This document shows, one piece after another, positions 61,405-64,000 of a DNA stretch of 64,000 nucleotides. The notes under the pieces are model-generated. The model saw only the letters and a program-made list of their open reading frames with translations. It made no database searches and had not been told where the DNA came from. Both the position numbers and the translations under genes were made by a program. Source of the stretch: Schmidtea polychroa (taxonomy: Eukaryota); NCBI GenBank assembly GCA_044892525.1, contig CM097885.1, forward strand, positions 4,404,001 to 4,468,000. Direction: 5' to 3'. How positions within the stretch are numbered: position 1 is the first letter of the stretch; each line of letters opens with the position of its first letter.

Positions 61405-61841
61405 AATGATTTAATAAAGTTAGCAAATATAAATTATCGAGGAAATTTTGATGTATCGAATATGAGGTTTCCACCAGGGAAACCCCAGCAAATTATCGAT
61501 AGAAGCGGGAAATATCCGATAATATTTTTCAAGACTGGTAAATGCAGAATCATGGGATGTAAGAAACCTTTGGATATTAATAAATTACAATATCGAATAA
61601 ATAATATTTTACCGTTACTATGGATATGGGACATAGTATCAATCTATATAACATGTCGAAAAAATGTGATTGTATGTTTGAACCGGAATTGTTTCCGGCA
61701 CTAAGACTATTAAAATATAACCCTATATGTGTCAACGTGTTTGCTAGTGGAAAGGTTGTCATGTTGGGGTTGAGAAATTTGGAGTATAGAGAATTTGTTG
61801 ACAATGTTCGAAATGAGATAATTTCATTGGTCGATTTCTAA
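61405..61841 (+). pseudogene. TATA-box-binding protein (TBP)-like gene carried by the Polinton, one frameshift at ~61608
   Basis: Repeat 1 LANINYRGNFDV...IIFFKTGKCRIMGCK and repeat 2 RINNI/TVTMDMGHSINL...MFEPELFPALRLLKYNPICVNVFASGKVVMLG match the TBP consensus LQNIV...IFSSGKMVCTGAK and YEPELFPGL...IFVSGKVVLTG. Start codon unclear. Confidence 0.85.
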
Positions 61842-62745
61842 TTGGTTAATTTCTAATTGGTTATTGATTGATTTAAACAAACGGATTTTTGTTTAGGATT
61901 CATTTATTCAACAACATGTACAACATGATACCCTTTTAAAAAAAAATTTTCCGACCGGGGGGGGGGGTACTGTGCTAGCGGTGTCCTGTGCCAGCGGTGC
62001 CCAATCCATCTACTGGCTATGATATAAAAAAGCTAAATAATTTATTGATTTGGATTTTTTTTGGTTTTCATGTTTGTTTTTTGTATTATTATTTTTCTAA
62101 TCAAGCTATTATCAACTGCTCACAAGAGAGATCGAGTTAACAATTTATTGATCCTTGTGTAAATGTAGGCTTAGCTGGGTTGTTAATTGCTACGTTTAAT
62201 GCTAAATTTAGCTCACTGTTTTTCTTTTCAAATTTTGGGATGTTACATAACTTCATGGGACAATCACTAATTGGGTCAAAATTTATATAGTCTAAAAGTA
62301 GATGGTTAGGGGCCCGCTAAATCCCACCCCCCGAAATTTTTTTTAAAAATTATGTAGGTCAACTCAAAATTTTATACATTTTTATAATTTTTTAAGATTT
62401 TCAATGGTTTTCAACTCTTTTTCTCGAAAATATTATAATTTTTTTACAGTTGAATTTATAACGCATTTTTTAATTTTTAATCATTTAATTATAATAATTT
62501 ATCAGCTCGGCATATATCTGTCAAATCCAGTAAATCCTAGTTTTTGATAATATCATACCATTCTCCAATATAATATCTAAATAGAAATATTATCAACTTT
62601 AAATATTAATAATAAATTTACCATTTTGTTATTTTCAATATTTATATTTACCTGAAACATTTGTATACTAACTTTTCGGCTTTCTAAAATTAAATATTTA
62701 TAGATACAAAATTAAAAATAAATAAATTTTCATCACAATAATTTT

Positions 62746-64000
<1,255 letters not shown>

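Overview
AT-rich eukaryotic DNA with many (ATT)n/(AT)n microsatellites and tiny 40-60 nt GT-AG introns. A planarian-like flatworm origin is my inference, not something the sequence proves. Two host genes are present: a 3-exon TRAF (RING/zf-TRAF/coiled-coil/MATH, minus strand, ~14.2-15.6 kb) and a 7-exon GATA4/5/6-class factor (plus strand, 35733-37971) whose N-finger is degenerate. The rest is mostly transposon debris: an intact MULE with 9-bp TSD, a pogo element with a nested Charlie-type hAT, several hAT MITEs with 8-bp TSDs, and hAT, piggyBac, Tigger and non-LTR remnants. The main object is a 10.3-kb Polinton/Maverick (adintovirus-like) element at 51703-62014, with AG...CT termini, TIRs and a GGCTAT 6-bp TSD. 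It carries a truncated pPolB, an adenain-type protease, an intact major capsid gene, an rve integrase, a core-like protein and a packaging ATPase. Four features of it are unusual: (i) its own TATA-binding-protein (TBP)-like gene, divergent from the ATPase; (ii) a GT-AG intron made of (ATT)n microsatellite inside the integrase catalytic core; (iii) an apparently spliced multi-exon pPolB 5' region; (iv) a subterminal 31-bp array built from AP-1 (TGACTCA) and NR5A/ERR-type (CAAGGTCA) motifs. Two more pPolB fragments lie at ~0.2-0.9 kb and ~7.35-7.6 kb. All calls come from reading motifs by eye; no searches were run.
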